NCBI RefSeq assembly: GCF_009914755.1
Contig: NC_060934.1
Length of the DNA: 64,000 bases
Strand: one strand, 5' to 3'
Origin: the human T2T-CHM13v2.0 reference genome, Homo sapiens
The notes under the pieces are model-generated. The model was not told where the DNA came from and did no database searches. It saw nothing but the letters and a program-made list of their open reading frames with translations. Both the position numbers and the translations under genes were made by a program. This document shows positions 28,420 through 45,292 of the stretch, in pieces; within the stretch, counting starts at the first letter, position 1; each line of letters starts with the position of its first letter.

Positions 28420-30370
28420 ACTGTAGTAGACAAAAACAAAGTGATAGTACACTTAGAAAACCCTAGAGAATCAATGATAAAAAATAGTAAGATAATTCAA
28501 GCAACATAAAAAATATAAAATTCACACACAGCAACCTATAACCTTCCTATTTACAAATAATAGCCAGCTAAAAATATAATGGTGGGAAAATTCTATTTAC
28601 AGTAACAGAAAAGACCAAACACTTAGGAATAAACCCAAGCAATGTGTAAAGCCTATATGGAGAAGACATGAAAACACTCCTGGGAAGATAGACTATCAGA
28701 CTTAAACAAACAGAAAGACATCCCTTGCATTTGAGTAGAATGACTCAATAACCATTTTCCCTGAGTTAATTTATATGTTTAATGTAATCTCAATAAAAAT
28801 GTCAACCTTTCTTATGAAGCTAGACAAACTGACACTAAAGTTCATACAGAACAATAAACCTTCATGAACAGATCAGAAAACACTGAAAAGGCAAAGTAAC
28901 ACCCTATTGGACAATAAAACACGCTCCAATTACAACAGTTTGGTGCTGAGGAAAGAAGAGACACAACAGGAGATTGACCAGAAAATAGAAATAGATTGAA
29001 CTGCATTTGGAAATGTACTACATGATAAAGGCATCTCTAATCACTGAGAAAAACTTATTTGAAATAAATGATGCTACAAACGTTGGGGCACAAACGTTGG
29101 GGCATTTTATCTTTGAACCAAGATAAAATCCACACCTCATACTCCAAATGGATCAGAAATCTGAATGTAAAAAGCAAAACCATACAAGTAGTACAAGAAA
29201 ACATGGCGAATTATCATATGATCTATATGTAGAAAAGGCTTAGAACTACAATTCCAATTAATAAAAGACTGACAATTTTTTTAAAAAAAAACCTGTTTCA
29301 TAGGAAAAAAATCATAATAAAGGACAACCAATGAGGAAATACTTGTAACATATATGAAAAATGAAAAGCTAACATCCCTAATATATAAAGAACTCTTTAA
29401 AACCAAGGGGAAAAAGGGACCAAAAACCTGATTTAGAAAATGGACAAAAGACATGAACAGACAAGTTCACAGAAAGAAAAATTTTTTAAATATAAATGGT
29501 CCTATAAAAAGTTCAATTTCACTCAAAGAAAATAACTGGAAATTAAAACTTAAGATATCCTTTCTCACCTATCAGATTGGGAAAAATTAAAAGTGTAACA
29601 CCACACTCTTGACAAGCCTCTGGGCAACAACTGCTCGTGACAATTCAAATTGATCTAAACCTTACAAAAGGGAGTTGGGCATTATTCAAACAAACAAACA
29701 AAACAAACTTACATATGTGTTTACCTTTTGATCTAGCAATTCCTCTTGTATAAGCACAGGATTATTTAGTGCAGCACTGTGGCTAAAAGAAGCTATAAAA
29801 AATCTAAATCCTCATATGTGGATAAACTGTGGTACAGGTTGAATATCTCTTACCCAAAATTCTTGGGACCAGAAGTGCTTCAGATTTTGCCTTTTTCAGA
29901 TTTTGGAATAATTGCATATACCTAATGAGACATCTTGGGGATGGGCCCGAAGTCTAAACACAAAATGTATATATTTTTAACATACACCTTACACACATAG
30001 CCTGAAGGTAATTTTAATATAATACGTTTATCAATTTTGTGCAGGAAACAAAGTGTTAATTGTGTTTTGACTGTGACCCATCACATGAAGTCAGGTGTGG
30101 AATTTTCCACATCTGGCATCATGTCAGTGCACAAAAAGTTTTGGATTTTAGAGCATTTTAGATTTCAGGTTTTGGGTCAACATAGCAGAGCACTCTAGCA
30201 ATAAAAATTGCTAAAGGAGGAATAGCTCTCTGTTAATTAATACTGCAGTGGCTGTCAGGATATATGAAGTTTTTTTAAAAAAAGGAACAGAAGATAATAT
30301 AGTATACAACCTTTTGTGTAAGAGAATAAGGGAATATAAAATTATACATGTGCCTGCTTATTTCTACAAA
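28420..30370 (+). mobile_element. L1M ORF2/3' remnant (intron 18), continuing after the THE1 to about 33240
   Basis: ttagaaaaccctagagaatca, gaaaatggacaaaagacatgaacagaca. Confidence 0.8.
29835..30178 (+). mobile_element. Tigger4/MER46-like DNA transposon nested in L1
   Basis: ta-caggttgaatatctcttacccaaaattcttgggaccagaagtg... Confidence 0.75.
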
Positions 30371-30376
30371 AGAAAC

Positions 30377-32677
30377 ATATAGTTCAGCTGTGTCCCCACC
30401 CAAATCTCATCTTGAATTGTAACTCCCACAATTCCCACGTGACATGGGAGGAACCCAGTGGGAGGTGATTAATTATGAAGATGAGTCTTTCCTACACTGT
30501 TCTCATGAGTGAATGAGTTTCATGAGATCTCATGGTTTTAAAAATGGGAGTTTTCCTGCATAAGCTCTCTTTGCCTGCTGCCGTCCATGTAAGATGTGAC
30601 TTGCTCCTCCTTGCCTTCTGACATGACTGTGAGGCCTCCACAGCCACACAGAACTGTAAGTTGATTAAACCTCTTTCTTTTGTAAATTGCCCAGTCTTGG
30701 GTAATGTCTTTATCAGCAGCATAAAAATGCACTAATAAAGGCAACTGGTACCAGTGGGGAGGTGCGCTCCTGAAAAGATATCCCAAAATGTGGAAGCAAC
30801 TTTGGAACTGGGTAACAGGTAGAGATGGGAACAGTTTGGAGGGCTCAGAAGACGAGAGGAAAATGTGGGAAGGTTTGCAACTTCCTAGAGACTTCTTGAA
30901 TAGCTTTGACAAAAATGTTGATAGTGATATGAACAGTAAGGTCCAAACTGAGGTGGTCTCAGATGGAGATGAGGAACTTGTTGGGAATTGGAGCAAAGGT
31001 GACTCTTGTTATGTTTTAGCAAAGAGACAGGCGGCATTTTGCCCCTGCCCTAGAGATCTGTGGAACTTTGAACTTGAGAGAGATGATTTAGGGTATCTGG
31101 CGGAAGAAATTTCTAAGCAGCAAAGCATTCAACAGGTGACATGGGTGTTGTTAAAGGCATTCAGTTTTATAAGGGAAGCAGTGCATAAAAGTTTGGACAA
31201 TTTGCAGCCTTACAATGTGATAGGAAAGAAAACCCCATTTTCTCAAGAGAAATTCAAGCTGGCTGCAGAAATTTGCATTACGTAACGAGGAGCCAAATGT
31301 TAATCCCCAAGACAATGAGGAAAATGTCTGCAGGGCATGTCAGAGACCTTCATGGCAACCCCTCCCATCACAGGCCCAGAGGCCCAGGGGGAAAAAGTGG
31401 TTTCACGGGCCTGGCCCATGGTCCCCATGCTGTGTGCAGCCTGGGGACTTGGTGTACTGTGTCCCAGCCACTCCAGCTGTGGCTGAAAGGGGCCAACAAA
31501 GAGCTCAGGCTGTGGCTTCAGATGGTGCAAGCCCCAAGCCTTGGGAGCTTCCACACAGTGTTGAGCCTGAGGGTGCACAGAAGTCAATAACTGAGGTTTG
31601 GGAACTTCTGCCTAGATTTCAAAAGATGTATGGAAACTCCTAGATGCCCAGGCAGAAGTTTGCTGCAGGGGCAGGGTTCTCATGGAGAATCTCTCCTAGG
31701 GCAGTGCAGAAGGAAAATGTTGGGTTGGAGTCCCCACACAGAGTCCCTACTGGGGCACCACCTAGTGGAGCTATGAGAAGAGGGCCACGGTCCTCCAGAC
31801 CCCAGAACAGTAGATCCACTGACAGCTTGCACCATGCACCTGGAAAGGCTGCAGACACTCAATGCCACCCATGAAAGCAGCCAGGAGGGGGGCTATACCC
31901 TGCAAAGCCAAAGGGGCAGAGCTGCCCAAGACCATAGGAACCCACCTCTTGCATCAGCGTGACCTGGATGCGAGACAAGGAGTCAAAGGAGATCATTTTG
32001 GAGCTTTAAGATTTGACTGCCCTGCTGGACTTCAGACTTGTGTGGGGCCTATAGCCCCTTTGTTTTGGTCAATTTCTCCCATTTGGAATGGCTGTACTTA
32101 CCCAATGCCTGTAACCCTATCGTATCTAGGAAGTAACTAACTTGCTTTTGATTTTACAGGCTCATAGGCAGAAGAGACTTGCCTGGTCTTGGATGAGACT
32201 CTGGACTGTGGACTTTTGAGTTAATGCTGAAATGAGTTGAGACTTTAGGGGACTGTTGGGAAGGCATGATTGGTTTTAAAATGTGAAGATATGAGATATG
32301 GGAGGGGCCAGAGGTGGAAAGATATGGTTTGGCTATGTCCCAGCCAAATCTCATCTTGAATTGTAACTCCCACAATTCCCACATGTCATGGGAGGAATCT
32401 GGTGGGAGGTGACTGAATTATGGGGTTGGGTCTTTCCTGTGCTGTTCTTGTACTAGTGAATGAGTCTTATATGAGATCTGATGGTTTTAAAAATGGGAAT
32501 TTCTCTGCACAAGCTCTTTGCCTGCTGCTATCCATGAAAGATGTTACTTGCTCCTCCTTGCATGATTGTAAAGCCTCCCCAGTCATGTGGAATTGTAAGT
32601 CAATTAAACCTCTTTCTTTTGTAAATTGCCCAGTCTCTGGTATGTCTTTATCAGCAGTGTGAAAACAGACTAACACA
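30377..32677 (+). mobile_element. Full-length THE1 provirus in ERCC6 intron 18, antisense to the gene: LTR ~30377-30740, internal, LTR ~32320-32677
   Basis: Two LTRs around THE1-int (ORF 30788..31285, MWKQLWNW...LWNFELERDDLGYLAEEISKQQS); TSD gaaac. Confidence 0.95.
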
Positions 32678-33249
32678 GAAACACATGAAGGAAATGCCAG
32701 AAACTCATGAGACTGGTAAGGTAAGGAAGGGGTGGGGACAGGGTGGGGGATGACACTACTCTGGTATTCCTTTTTGCATATTTTGTCTTTTGTTACTATG
32801 TTAATGTGTTACTACTCAGAAGATAACATAGAGTCAACAAGGATGGGAGGAAACCCTAAAGTGGAATACAAACAAATAAATTAACCTAACTGTATTTTAA
32901 ACTGATAGCACACACTGAAAATATGATGAAGGGTGAGAAAAAAGAACTAAGTTATTTTTGACTCAAGTAGTGTTTTGACCAAAAACTTAGACTAAAGACA
33001 AAAAGAAATAAAAACAAATATTGAACTTTAGTTAGTATAAATAAAAACAAATATTGAATTCTAGTTAGTATAACTGTTTCTTGCCATAGTTCAGGTCAGA
33101 AATTGTAAAAAGCTACCATGTATCCTAGGATTGACAAGTAACTCAGTACGTTGTGAATGAAGGTCTTGAAGAAGGAAGCTACAAACATGGAAAGGGCCCT
33201 AGGGTGCTGAAATGAAATTGGAGACAACAGTATTCCCTCATCTTATTTT

Positions 33250-34651
<1,402 letters not shown>

Positions 34652-35344
34652 AGTAATTTTTTATTGGGTTCCAGACATTGTGAATTTCATCTTGTTGGAT
34701 GTTGGGTATTTGTATATTCCTGTAAACACTCAGGTAGGGCTGAAGCAGTGCTCACTCTAAGGCTGATCATTCCCTACTACAGAGGCAAGACCCCCTACTC
34801 TGTATCATACCCAATGCCCCATGAAATATTTTTCCAGTCTTAGCTGGTGGGAACAGGCACTATCCCTGGCCATGGGTGAGCACCAGACATGTTTCCTCTA
34901 ATCCGAAAAGTTAAAGAGGAAAGGCCTTTTCACTGACCTTAAGTAGTTTTCTTGCACAATGTGCTGGTCAGTATTCAGCTGAGTGCCAGTGGAGACTCTG
35001 CAGACCTGTGGGGTTCTCTCCCTGTGCAGAGCTGTCTCCGCTATCGTCTCTTGCATGTGAATGCCAGCCACCCTGGCCTCCCCTGATGCTCAGCTCTGCC
35101 TTTTCAACAGAGGGTCTGCCTGGACTCCCATCTGGGTTCTCCCTCTTTCTGTTACAGCACGAAAATTCTCTCAAGGCAGTAGGGCAGGGCAACTGGAGAG
35201 CTCAGTTCATTTGTTTCCCATCTCTCAAGAGATCACTGCCCTTTGGTGTCTGAAAACCATTGCTTCATATGTTTTGTCATTGTTTTCATTGTTTCACATG
35301 GAAGGGTAAATGTTAATCTGCCTTTGCTGGAAGCCAAATTCATG

Positions 35345-36330
35345 GTTTTCACAGACATAGAGACAGGTGTATCTGTGCAATTTGTTGTGCATATATATGC
35401 ACGTATGTATGTGTATATGTATGTACACAACAAACACATACACACACATACATACATCTATTTCCTGATACTATTGGCTACGAAAGCAATGACATAATAG
35501 CAGCAATGAACACTCTGAGAACCCGGATCCTAGTTCCTAAATACCATTCTCCAGGGTTCCTTGAAGAAATGGCTGATTCCAGGGCTGGCACAGAATACAA
35601 ATTGAGCTCAGCATATATTAGTATGCCAAGAAGAAAGGAGGTGCTCAAAGAATGGTGGGGACATACCAGAGGGACAAAGGAGCCAGCTTGAAGGAGCTCC
35701 CACCCATGAGGCAAATCTAAGACAATACGAGCATCATAATACCCCTACTAATGGATTACAGTCATGGAAAAAAAAGAATCCATTAGTCCACACTGATCTA
35801 AAAATAAATTAATAAATAAATAAGAGAGAAGGAAAACCTTCCTTACAATAGAATGTTAATCACCATTTGGCAACCATTGTAGTAATAACTGACTGAGGAA
35901 AGAATCATCAATAGATATTAAAACTAGTGGATAAAAGTTTGATGAGAAACAGGATATTTACACAGTCTCAAAGCATATTCCTTGAAAGCACAAATTAATT
36001 ACAAAGGTAAAAATATTAACCTTAGCATTGAGAAACCTGGCAGACTCCACCTTAACCAAGTGATCTTAAAAATCAACTTGTAATAGGTCAAACCAGCATG
36101 TGTCTCCTGATAGATGCACTGAGTAAGATACGGTATCACCTCTGTGGCATTCCTACCAAAAAAAAAATGTATGCATAGATGGGTGTGTGTGTGAATGATA
36201 AAGCAAAAGCTGAAAAATGTTAATAACTTAGATAAAGGATATAGGAGAGTTCTTCGTATTATTCCAACTGATTTTTTTTTGAGACCCAACTGATTTAAGT
36301 TTGAAATTACTTCAAAATATGAAATTAACA
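35345..36330 (+). mobile_element. L1MC/MD-type 3' UTR fragment
   Basis: gagaaacctggcagactccaccttaaccaagtgatc; aagtttgaaattacttcaaaat. Confidence 0.65.
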
Positions 36331-36914
36331 AAAAAATTAACCATGCTAAATAAAAGTCTTTCTGAAATGCTACACATAAACCTGCCTTCTTAAACTGAGT
36401 ACCATAAGCAGCAATCTTTGGTAACTCAAGGCCATCACATTGTGAACACAGTGACTGCTAAGGGATCACTAAGCAGGGCTATCTATATACTCCATGGTCT
36501 TGAGCAATTGTTGAGTCTACATCTCCTAACTTTTCTCCCTTGACATAAGCTATCAGCTTTCATACTTCTAGAATGTCTGTCTCTAGCCACACGCTTGTCC
36601 CTCTCCCTTATGATGTTACTTTAATCTCCTGTGGTTGGAAAATCAGATTAATGTAGCATATAGCATGTAAAGTAACTGCCTACTAATGTTCAGGTAGTAC
36701 ACATCGATTTAAGAATTGCACACCTCCCATGAGTGGCCATAAGTACTATTGTTTTCCAAAGTTTCAAATTATTCTAGGTCTTCAGAAAAGAGGTGTAAAT
36801 ACGATTTTTAAAATGTCAATATATTTCAAATCTAAATTTTTGAAGAAAAACACTAATGGCTGACAGCCCTCTATGCACCATCAGTTAAAGACTGCTACTG
36901 CTAGAAACAGCCTA

Positions 36915-37709
<795 letters not shown>

Positions 37710-37749
37710 TCATCTTGTGCAATTGATTACTTTAAATTAAATGATTTTA

Positions 37750-37950
<201 letters not shown>

Positions 37951-39112
37951 CTAAAAATTCAAGTTATAAAGCAATATAAGAGAGAGATGATAACAGCTGC
38001 TGCATGAATGGCTAAATAATCCCCCAAACTTTCAGCCTTGGAAAATTACAATTCAGGAAATATATAATACATCAGTTAATCTCCCAGGTCTTGCAGAATT
38101 TAAATTAGAAATAATACCTTATTATTTACACCGAATGAGCTTTTTCAACCTCCAAGATCTAACACATTTCAAGAAACACCTTTTCACATGCCATCATGTG
38201 ACTCATAGTCTCTCTTAGCCTCCTTGACTTGAATACCAAGGGTCCTGCCCTGCCTAGAACCTTCCTATCATAGGGCTCAGCAAACTCTCTTACCTGGGCT
38301 TTGCAATGTCTCCACTCTGACCTCTCTCTCCCTGCTCCCACCTGCAGGTCCACACTCTGCTGAAGCCCCACACCACTGCCACTCTGGAACAGGCACCTCC
38401 ACCAGCCACCCTGTCCCTCCCTGTCATTTATTCTCCCAGCTAAAGCATGAATCTATAAAAGGAAGCTCTCTTCTCACAGGATCCAACTCGTCCTCCACCC
38501 TCACACAACACTCCCTCGAGGAAGATGTAATGTTCCAGGAATGGCCCAGCATGTGGTAAAGGGCACAGAGCTTCCTATAAAAGCTGGGCTATGGCTCAAG
38601 GATAAAGTCTGTGGTGGGGGAGTGGGAGAAGCTGGCAATGTCTTGATTCTACTGTTGAAGTTACCACTGTCTAAAATCCCCTAGTCATTATGGAAAGACA
38701 GAGGACGAAACAGCCATCCTGTCGACTTCTTTGTAAGGGGCATCAGAGTCAAAGACTGCCAGAACACCCACACTGATCCTACCTGCATAATGTGGTATGT
38801 AAACACCAATATGGTAACATTCAACCTTGTCATTTTTTAAAATTTTTCTGAAGGCAACACACCATAGCAGGCAGAAATATTCCTTTCAAATAACAATATG
38901 AAGTTTACATGTATGTGATTCTTGAGGTAGAATAAGGTACAAAAATTATCAGGTTCAAAGACATTTTTTGACAACTCACAGTAAGACATCTAAGCATATT
39001 TTAAAGGGAAAGAAAAAATACAAAACAAAAACCAAAGCCTTAAGTTATAGCAACTATTATTCTAAGATGTTAAGACTTTTAAAAACAACACTTTGGAAAA
39101 ATTCCCTGCTCA

Positions 39113-39277
<165 letters not shown>

Positions 39278-39364
39278 TCAACGAGAATCCTTCCCAATGA
39301 CAAGCACTGACTATAAGAAACAAAGCTAGCTGGTCACTACCTGTCACTCCCAGAGTTAGAATTT

Positions 39365-39379
39365 TGACTCATGACGTCA
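39365..39379. promoter_or_regulatory. Abutting AP-1 (TGACTCA) and CRE (TGACGTCA) consensus sites
   Basis: Sequence TGACTCATGACGTCA in ERCC6 intron 15; function inferred. Confidence 0.5.
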
Positions 39380-39658
39380 AGTACACCTAAGGCCTACTCA
39401 GGAAGATGAACAGCCAGTTGACAAGACATCTCTACTTGAAAAAATGTTTGTAACTTTGCCTATGTTCTTTTTACCCCAACTCTAGGAATGAATGCTATGG
39501 ATAAACTGCTGAAGATGGTTCCTGTCCATTTGACTCTGAAGGGTGTCTTCTTTCACGTTGAAGAACAGGAGACAATCAAAATGTGAAACGTATGCTGAAG
39601 CCAACCAGAACATCAAAGGACAGTCAAAAGCGCTAACCATGAAACTATATTTCTACTA

Positions 39659-39811
<153 letters not shown>

Positions 39812-40259
39812 CTAGAGGTAAGACACACAACACTGAGCACACACACTTAAGACCAGTTACAGTTCTCAGCCTCTGCCTCCACATATTGTACACATGGAAT
39901 TACTGGGCTGTTCCCAATATAAGGAATGGTAATGTCCTAGAGACCTCTGGTGAATCAAAATCTCATTTCACAGCTTTTACTTTTAATATTTAATAGAAAT
40001 ATTTAAAAATTGGGTTTTTAGGAGGAAAATACATGCTGTAGAAAACGCATTCTTTGTTTGAACATACACATGCCCACAATCCCCGCCCCCAAATATCCAG
40101 AAGTAGGGCATAGAGTTAAAAACAACAAGTCTCCCCTTAGGCCCCCTCCCAAGCCCAGATGTCAATGCTGCTTTGGTGGGTAAGGGTGTGGATACGCTTA
40201 GTCCTTTCCCTCCACGTACAGCAGCACCACTCAACTTCCCTGTTACATTCACATGTTAC

Positions 40260-40370
40260 CTCATTGTATCTCGTAATCAGTGGCTGTCTTGAAGCTATTG
40301 TAGTGGTACCATCCATCTTGAGATAGGTATACTTTTGGGCTCTAAGGAATACTTCAAGTATGTCCAGCAT
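40260..40370 (-). CDS. ERCC6: ERCC6 exon 14 (111 nt)
   Basis: acag|[37 protein letters not shown]|gtaaca. Confidence 0.97.
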
Positions 40371-40767
40371 CTGTTTGGAGGTGGGGGATAGGAGTTTGCA
40401 AAGCAAATACACATTCCCAGTGAGTGCTTCTCTATTTGTGTAAATGGTAACACCTTCCCCAACAGGCCTATGTTAAAAGGAGTTTCTTGCTTTAGGACAG
40501 ATAAACAGAACTGTTAAAAGAGTATTTTTGGTATTTCCGTATGGTTAATTCTTACTTTTGTAAACAGCCAAAGCTCAGGCCTAAACTTACTTGCAGACTA
40601 GAATCACATGGTGAGCTTTTTTAAAAAGTCAACTTTTAGACACCAACTCTAGAGAAAGATCTAAACTCCCAAAGAAATCGGTAGACTGCCACCTCAGCAT
40701 CAGTGGTAGACTTGCTTCAGAATCATTACTTTAGATTGAATCCCATTTTGTGAGTTGATGGCTGTCA

Positions 40768-41052
<285 letters not shown>

Positions 41053-41887
41053 TCAGATGACCCCATGTAAAGTAAGATTCCCTAGGCAAGGAGGCTGTTT
41101 AACCTATAACACAGACTAAAAAACAGTTCTCCACCAGCTTCTTAGTTTCTTCTCTAGTCACAGCATTATCATGAGCTGGGAGAAATTAACTTTCACTCAT
41201 CTTGTTTCCCTGATAGAACAAGTTCTCAGAAACAAAAAAATTCTACTGGACTGAACACGTCTACAGGGGTCATATTCAATTGCTGATAATTCATTTTCCC
41301 TCACTAGAAAAAAGGTATGCAGTTCACGGTATTATAAACCTAATATAAAAAAGGAATTCGCCTTTTAAATATGGATCAGAAATGTCCTATCAACCTAAAT
41401 TTGGAGACATCAGTCATGTGACTTATCAAATGCATTTAAATATTACACTCCTAATTACCTCACTAAAAGTTCTGCAGTTTAATATGAGTCAGAGGTTGAG
41501 GATCCATTTACCTTTAGATTATTATTATATCAGAAAAAAAACTGCATGAAAAATGCACGAATAGGAATGCACGAATGGGAAAGATATGGTCCATGCAGAA
41601 GGGCACAGAAGACAAGGGGTGAGTGCCCCGGCCCATCCCCACAAAAGAACATTAACAAAACTTCAATAATGGGGCTCTTCCAGCCTTGAGAGGATGATTC
41701 AAATCAAACTCACTGGTCTAAAAGCTTGAGCAGAGGAGAAATCACCATTAAGCCAATAATCAAAGGGTAGGGTAGCTATCACTAGTAAACAACAGTAAAC
41801 AGATTAACAATAAATGATCTGAATAAGTCAGGAACATTGGTAAACCTCCCCAGAGTCATCCGTGACTCATTCTTCTTCCTTTCAATC

Positions 41888-42190
41888 TGCACTGTCCAAT
41901 GCAGTAGTCACTAGTCACACGTGGCTACTGAGCACATGAAGTGTGGCTAGTCCAAATTGTGATGTGCTGCATATGTAAAATACATACCCAATTTCGAAGA
42001 CAGAACAAAAAAGGAGTAAAATATCTTTTTAATCATTTTTAATTTTTGATTACATATTAAAATGTATTTTAGATATATGAAATAAAATATATATCAAAAT
42101 TAATTTCACCTGTTTCTCTTTTTCCTTTTTAATGTGACTACTAGAAAATTTACAATTCCAAGTGTAGTTTGCATTCCCTTTCCTGGATAG
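41888..42190. mobile_element. MER3/MER33 hAT-Charlie element
   Basis: cactgtccaatgcagtagtcactagtcacacgtggctactgagcac...aatgtgactactagaaaattta. Confidence 0.75.
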
Positions 42191-42991
42191 TGTGATCTAG
42201 ACCCCCTAACTTGGAAAGACCTGAAGAAGTTAAGGGGAGATTCATGGAGATGAATAGATGTGAATGACTGAAGAACCTCCTGTAGCAACCAATAAGAAAT
42301 GAAATAAGAAATTGTGAGAGATGGTTAAAAGAACTGAAATGACCTAATCACACTCACATTATTTATACAATAGAGTCTTTTGGAGAAGACACTAGCTAGG
42401 AACTTCTGAATTCTGGACACTAGTAGAAAGAGAGCTTTCTCAGTATTGAAAGGAACAGAATCACCATAAATAAATTACTGTCCTACCCTGGGGACAATGA
42501 GAATTAGAGCCAGGGACATTTGAACCAGATTTATATCTGGTTCCTAACATGGCAATGGTTCATAAACATTTATTGGGGAATGGGGCTCCTTTAGGAAGCT
42601 GATGAAAGTTATGAATCCTCATGATCCTCTCCACAAGATATATAATTCTGGTCATAATATCTGGGAAAATGCAGCTATGTACCTGACACCCGCCCACCTA
42701 CCAGGTAAGACCCTCGGAAGTAACAGTAACTGCACAGCTCGCAGCTGCATTTGCGTCTGGGTTCAGATCCACAGCACACAGCTCTGCAACTTTCCACCTT
42801 TCACCAGTTACCTACTCCTCTGCACCTTACGGCTCCAGGCCATAGGCTGACTGCACATCTACCATGCGGGACTTCATGCAAGTGAAGTGAGATGACAGTA
42901 CGTGAAAAGCCTGGCACAATGTAGATCCTAGTTTCTTTTCCTCCCTCACTTCTCTTGGTCCACAGTTCATTTCTCCAGCTTCTATTTTTTA

Positions 42992-43093
<102 letters not shown>

Positions 43094-43199
43094 CTACGGA
43101 CGGGAAAAACAAGGAAACTATAATTTCAAAAAAAAAATTAACAGAAATAATTAAAATATCAACAAAACTTCCTGATCAAAAGAGCACAATGCATGCGAT

Positions 43200-44890
43200 T
43201 TTAATGATATCCCTATTATTAATATTAAAACAACAAAGGGTGACAATACTTCTCACCATACCCTGCTCACCAGCCCCTCCATCTCTGTCACTTGTCTACC
43301 TCCAGGGCCCATCCCACAGTCCCCAAAGACTGGCTTCCTGCTCACGGGCAAGTTCAGTGCCCAGGTGCACAGACCATCCTCCACGTTAGCCTCCAAGTGC
43401 TCAAACCATCCCACCTCCCATGACCCATGCCATGCTCTACTCGGCAGACCTGACCAGAGACCACAACCTCACCTGGAGCTCTCCCTCTCCTGGAGCTCTA
43501 AGTGCAGGCCCATGAGTTACCAGACTTGCCTTGGACGGCAACCCTTACCCTCCCAGCCCACTGCACCAACCACTCCATGCGATCGTGCTCTGTGACCCTT
43601 CACCTCTCAACCCTCCCTCCTTCGCAAAGTCCACCACCGCCAGTTACATTCCCACGGATGCTCATTTAGCCACCCCTCTGCCACCTACCTGGACCCCTTT
43701 CAACCCCCTGCATCTTCCCTGTAAACATCCAAAGGTAGGTCAACTCAACCATCAGTCTTCTGCAGACCTATGGTCAGTGCCGGTGCTGCTGGAGAAAAGC
43801 TCATACATGGCAGCATCCTGCCATGGCCTGTCCTGCTCCAGGGGGTCCTCTACGCATGCCCGCCCAGCATCTTCCACAAGCCCAGAGCAACTGTGCCCAT
43901 GCTCCTCACCACCCAAGCCACCCGCAACTCTGTCTCAACTTCTACTTAAAAACAATCAGACAAATAAAAACAAAATGAAAATCAAACCTGAACCTACCAG
44001 GATCAGGCATGATTCCCTGGTTTTCACTCCCTAACATGTCTCTACTTCTGCATCCACCTCATTTTCCTTTATTCCCAGAGGAAGAGGTTCTTGTACAGGA
44101 TGGAGGGCAACCCTTCCACCTCTGCACTGTATCTGAAGACCCACTCATTCTCCCCAGTACAGTGCCTCACCCATTAGCCTCCAAGTGGAAGATGGGGGCA
44201 TTCCTGAGAAAATTAGGTACCATCCCCACCTCCACTTCCTCACCTCCAGTCACTCCTGAAGCCCGCACCCAGAGCAAGCCTCACGGGCACCTCTGTTGAT
44301 GCCACTGAGGCATCACTCATGACTTCCTAGTGGCCAAACACACTGGGTCCTTTCCAGGTCACCCTACTCACCTTCCGATGCCCAGGTCTTCACTTCTGTT
44401 CATGCACCTGTCTGTGCCAGCCTCCCCAGTCTTCCCAGCTAGCTCCTCCTCTTCTACCCTCCTCCTTGCTCCCAGCCCTGACCACACTGGCCTCCCTGCT
44501 GTCTATGAAGGCCCCAAAGCACTGCCACAGCTCACCATCTGCAATGCTCTGCCTTCAAAACCTACAAGACTTGCTCCTTCGCCTTCTTTAGGCCTCTGCT
44601 CAGGTGTCAGTTCATCAAAGGTCTTCTCTGACCAACCCTTACAAATGGCCCACTTCCCCAAATCCTTGCCCTCAGCATTCCCAGCTTATCCTTCAACCCT
44701 GCTTCATTTGTCTCCACACTTAATGCTGCCACCTGACATCTTCTATACCTTTTTGTGACACTCTCCCTCAAGAATAAATGTGAGTCCCCATGAGAACAAA
44801 ACTTGCTTTGTTCACTGCTGTATCTCAGAGCCTAGGATCACGACAGGCATATGGTTGGCACCTAATACAATTTGTAGCATGAATGAATTA
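43200..44890. mobile_element. L2 remnants
   Basis: C/T-rich tract ending ttgttcactgctgtatctcagagcctag...tgaatgaat, the typical L2 3' end. Confidence 0.7.
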
Positions 44891-45118
44891 GGGGCTTAAG
44901 GAGAATGGAGATGTTTAAAAGAGTAGCTATAGGAATCCATGTGTCAGTAAGAGGGAGGTCAAAGCCTGTGGACTAGAGAAGAATCCACTGAGGGCAGACG
45001 CCACAGCGGGCCTAGCCTGCCCACAGTTCCAGGATCATACCTCACCAGACTCTCTCATCCGCAGAGGAGAATCAGAGTGAAGGGAAAGACACACTTGTGC
45101 TTTAGGAATGCTTCGTTA

Positions 45119-45292
<174 letters not shown>

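Noticed and set aside
30788-31285. 165-aa ORF and the many ORFs at 5200-7330 and 30490-32680
   Set aside because: These are decayed THE1 internal/LTR sequences with stops and frameshifts, not host genes.
43189-44758. Chain of Pro/Ser-rich plus-strand ORFs
   Set aside because: C-rich L2 remnant that is poor in stop codons; no domain-like content.
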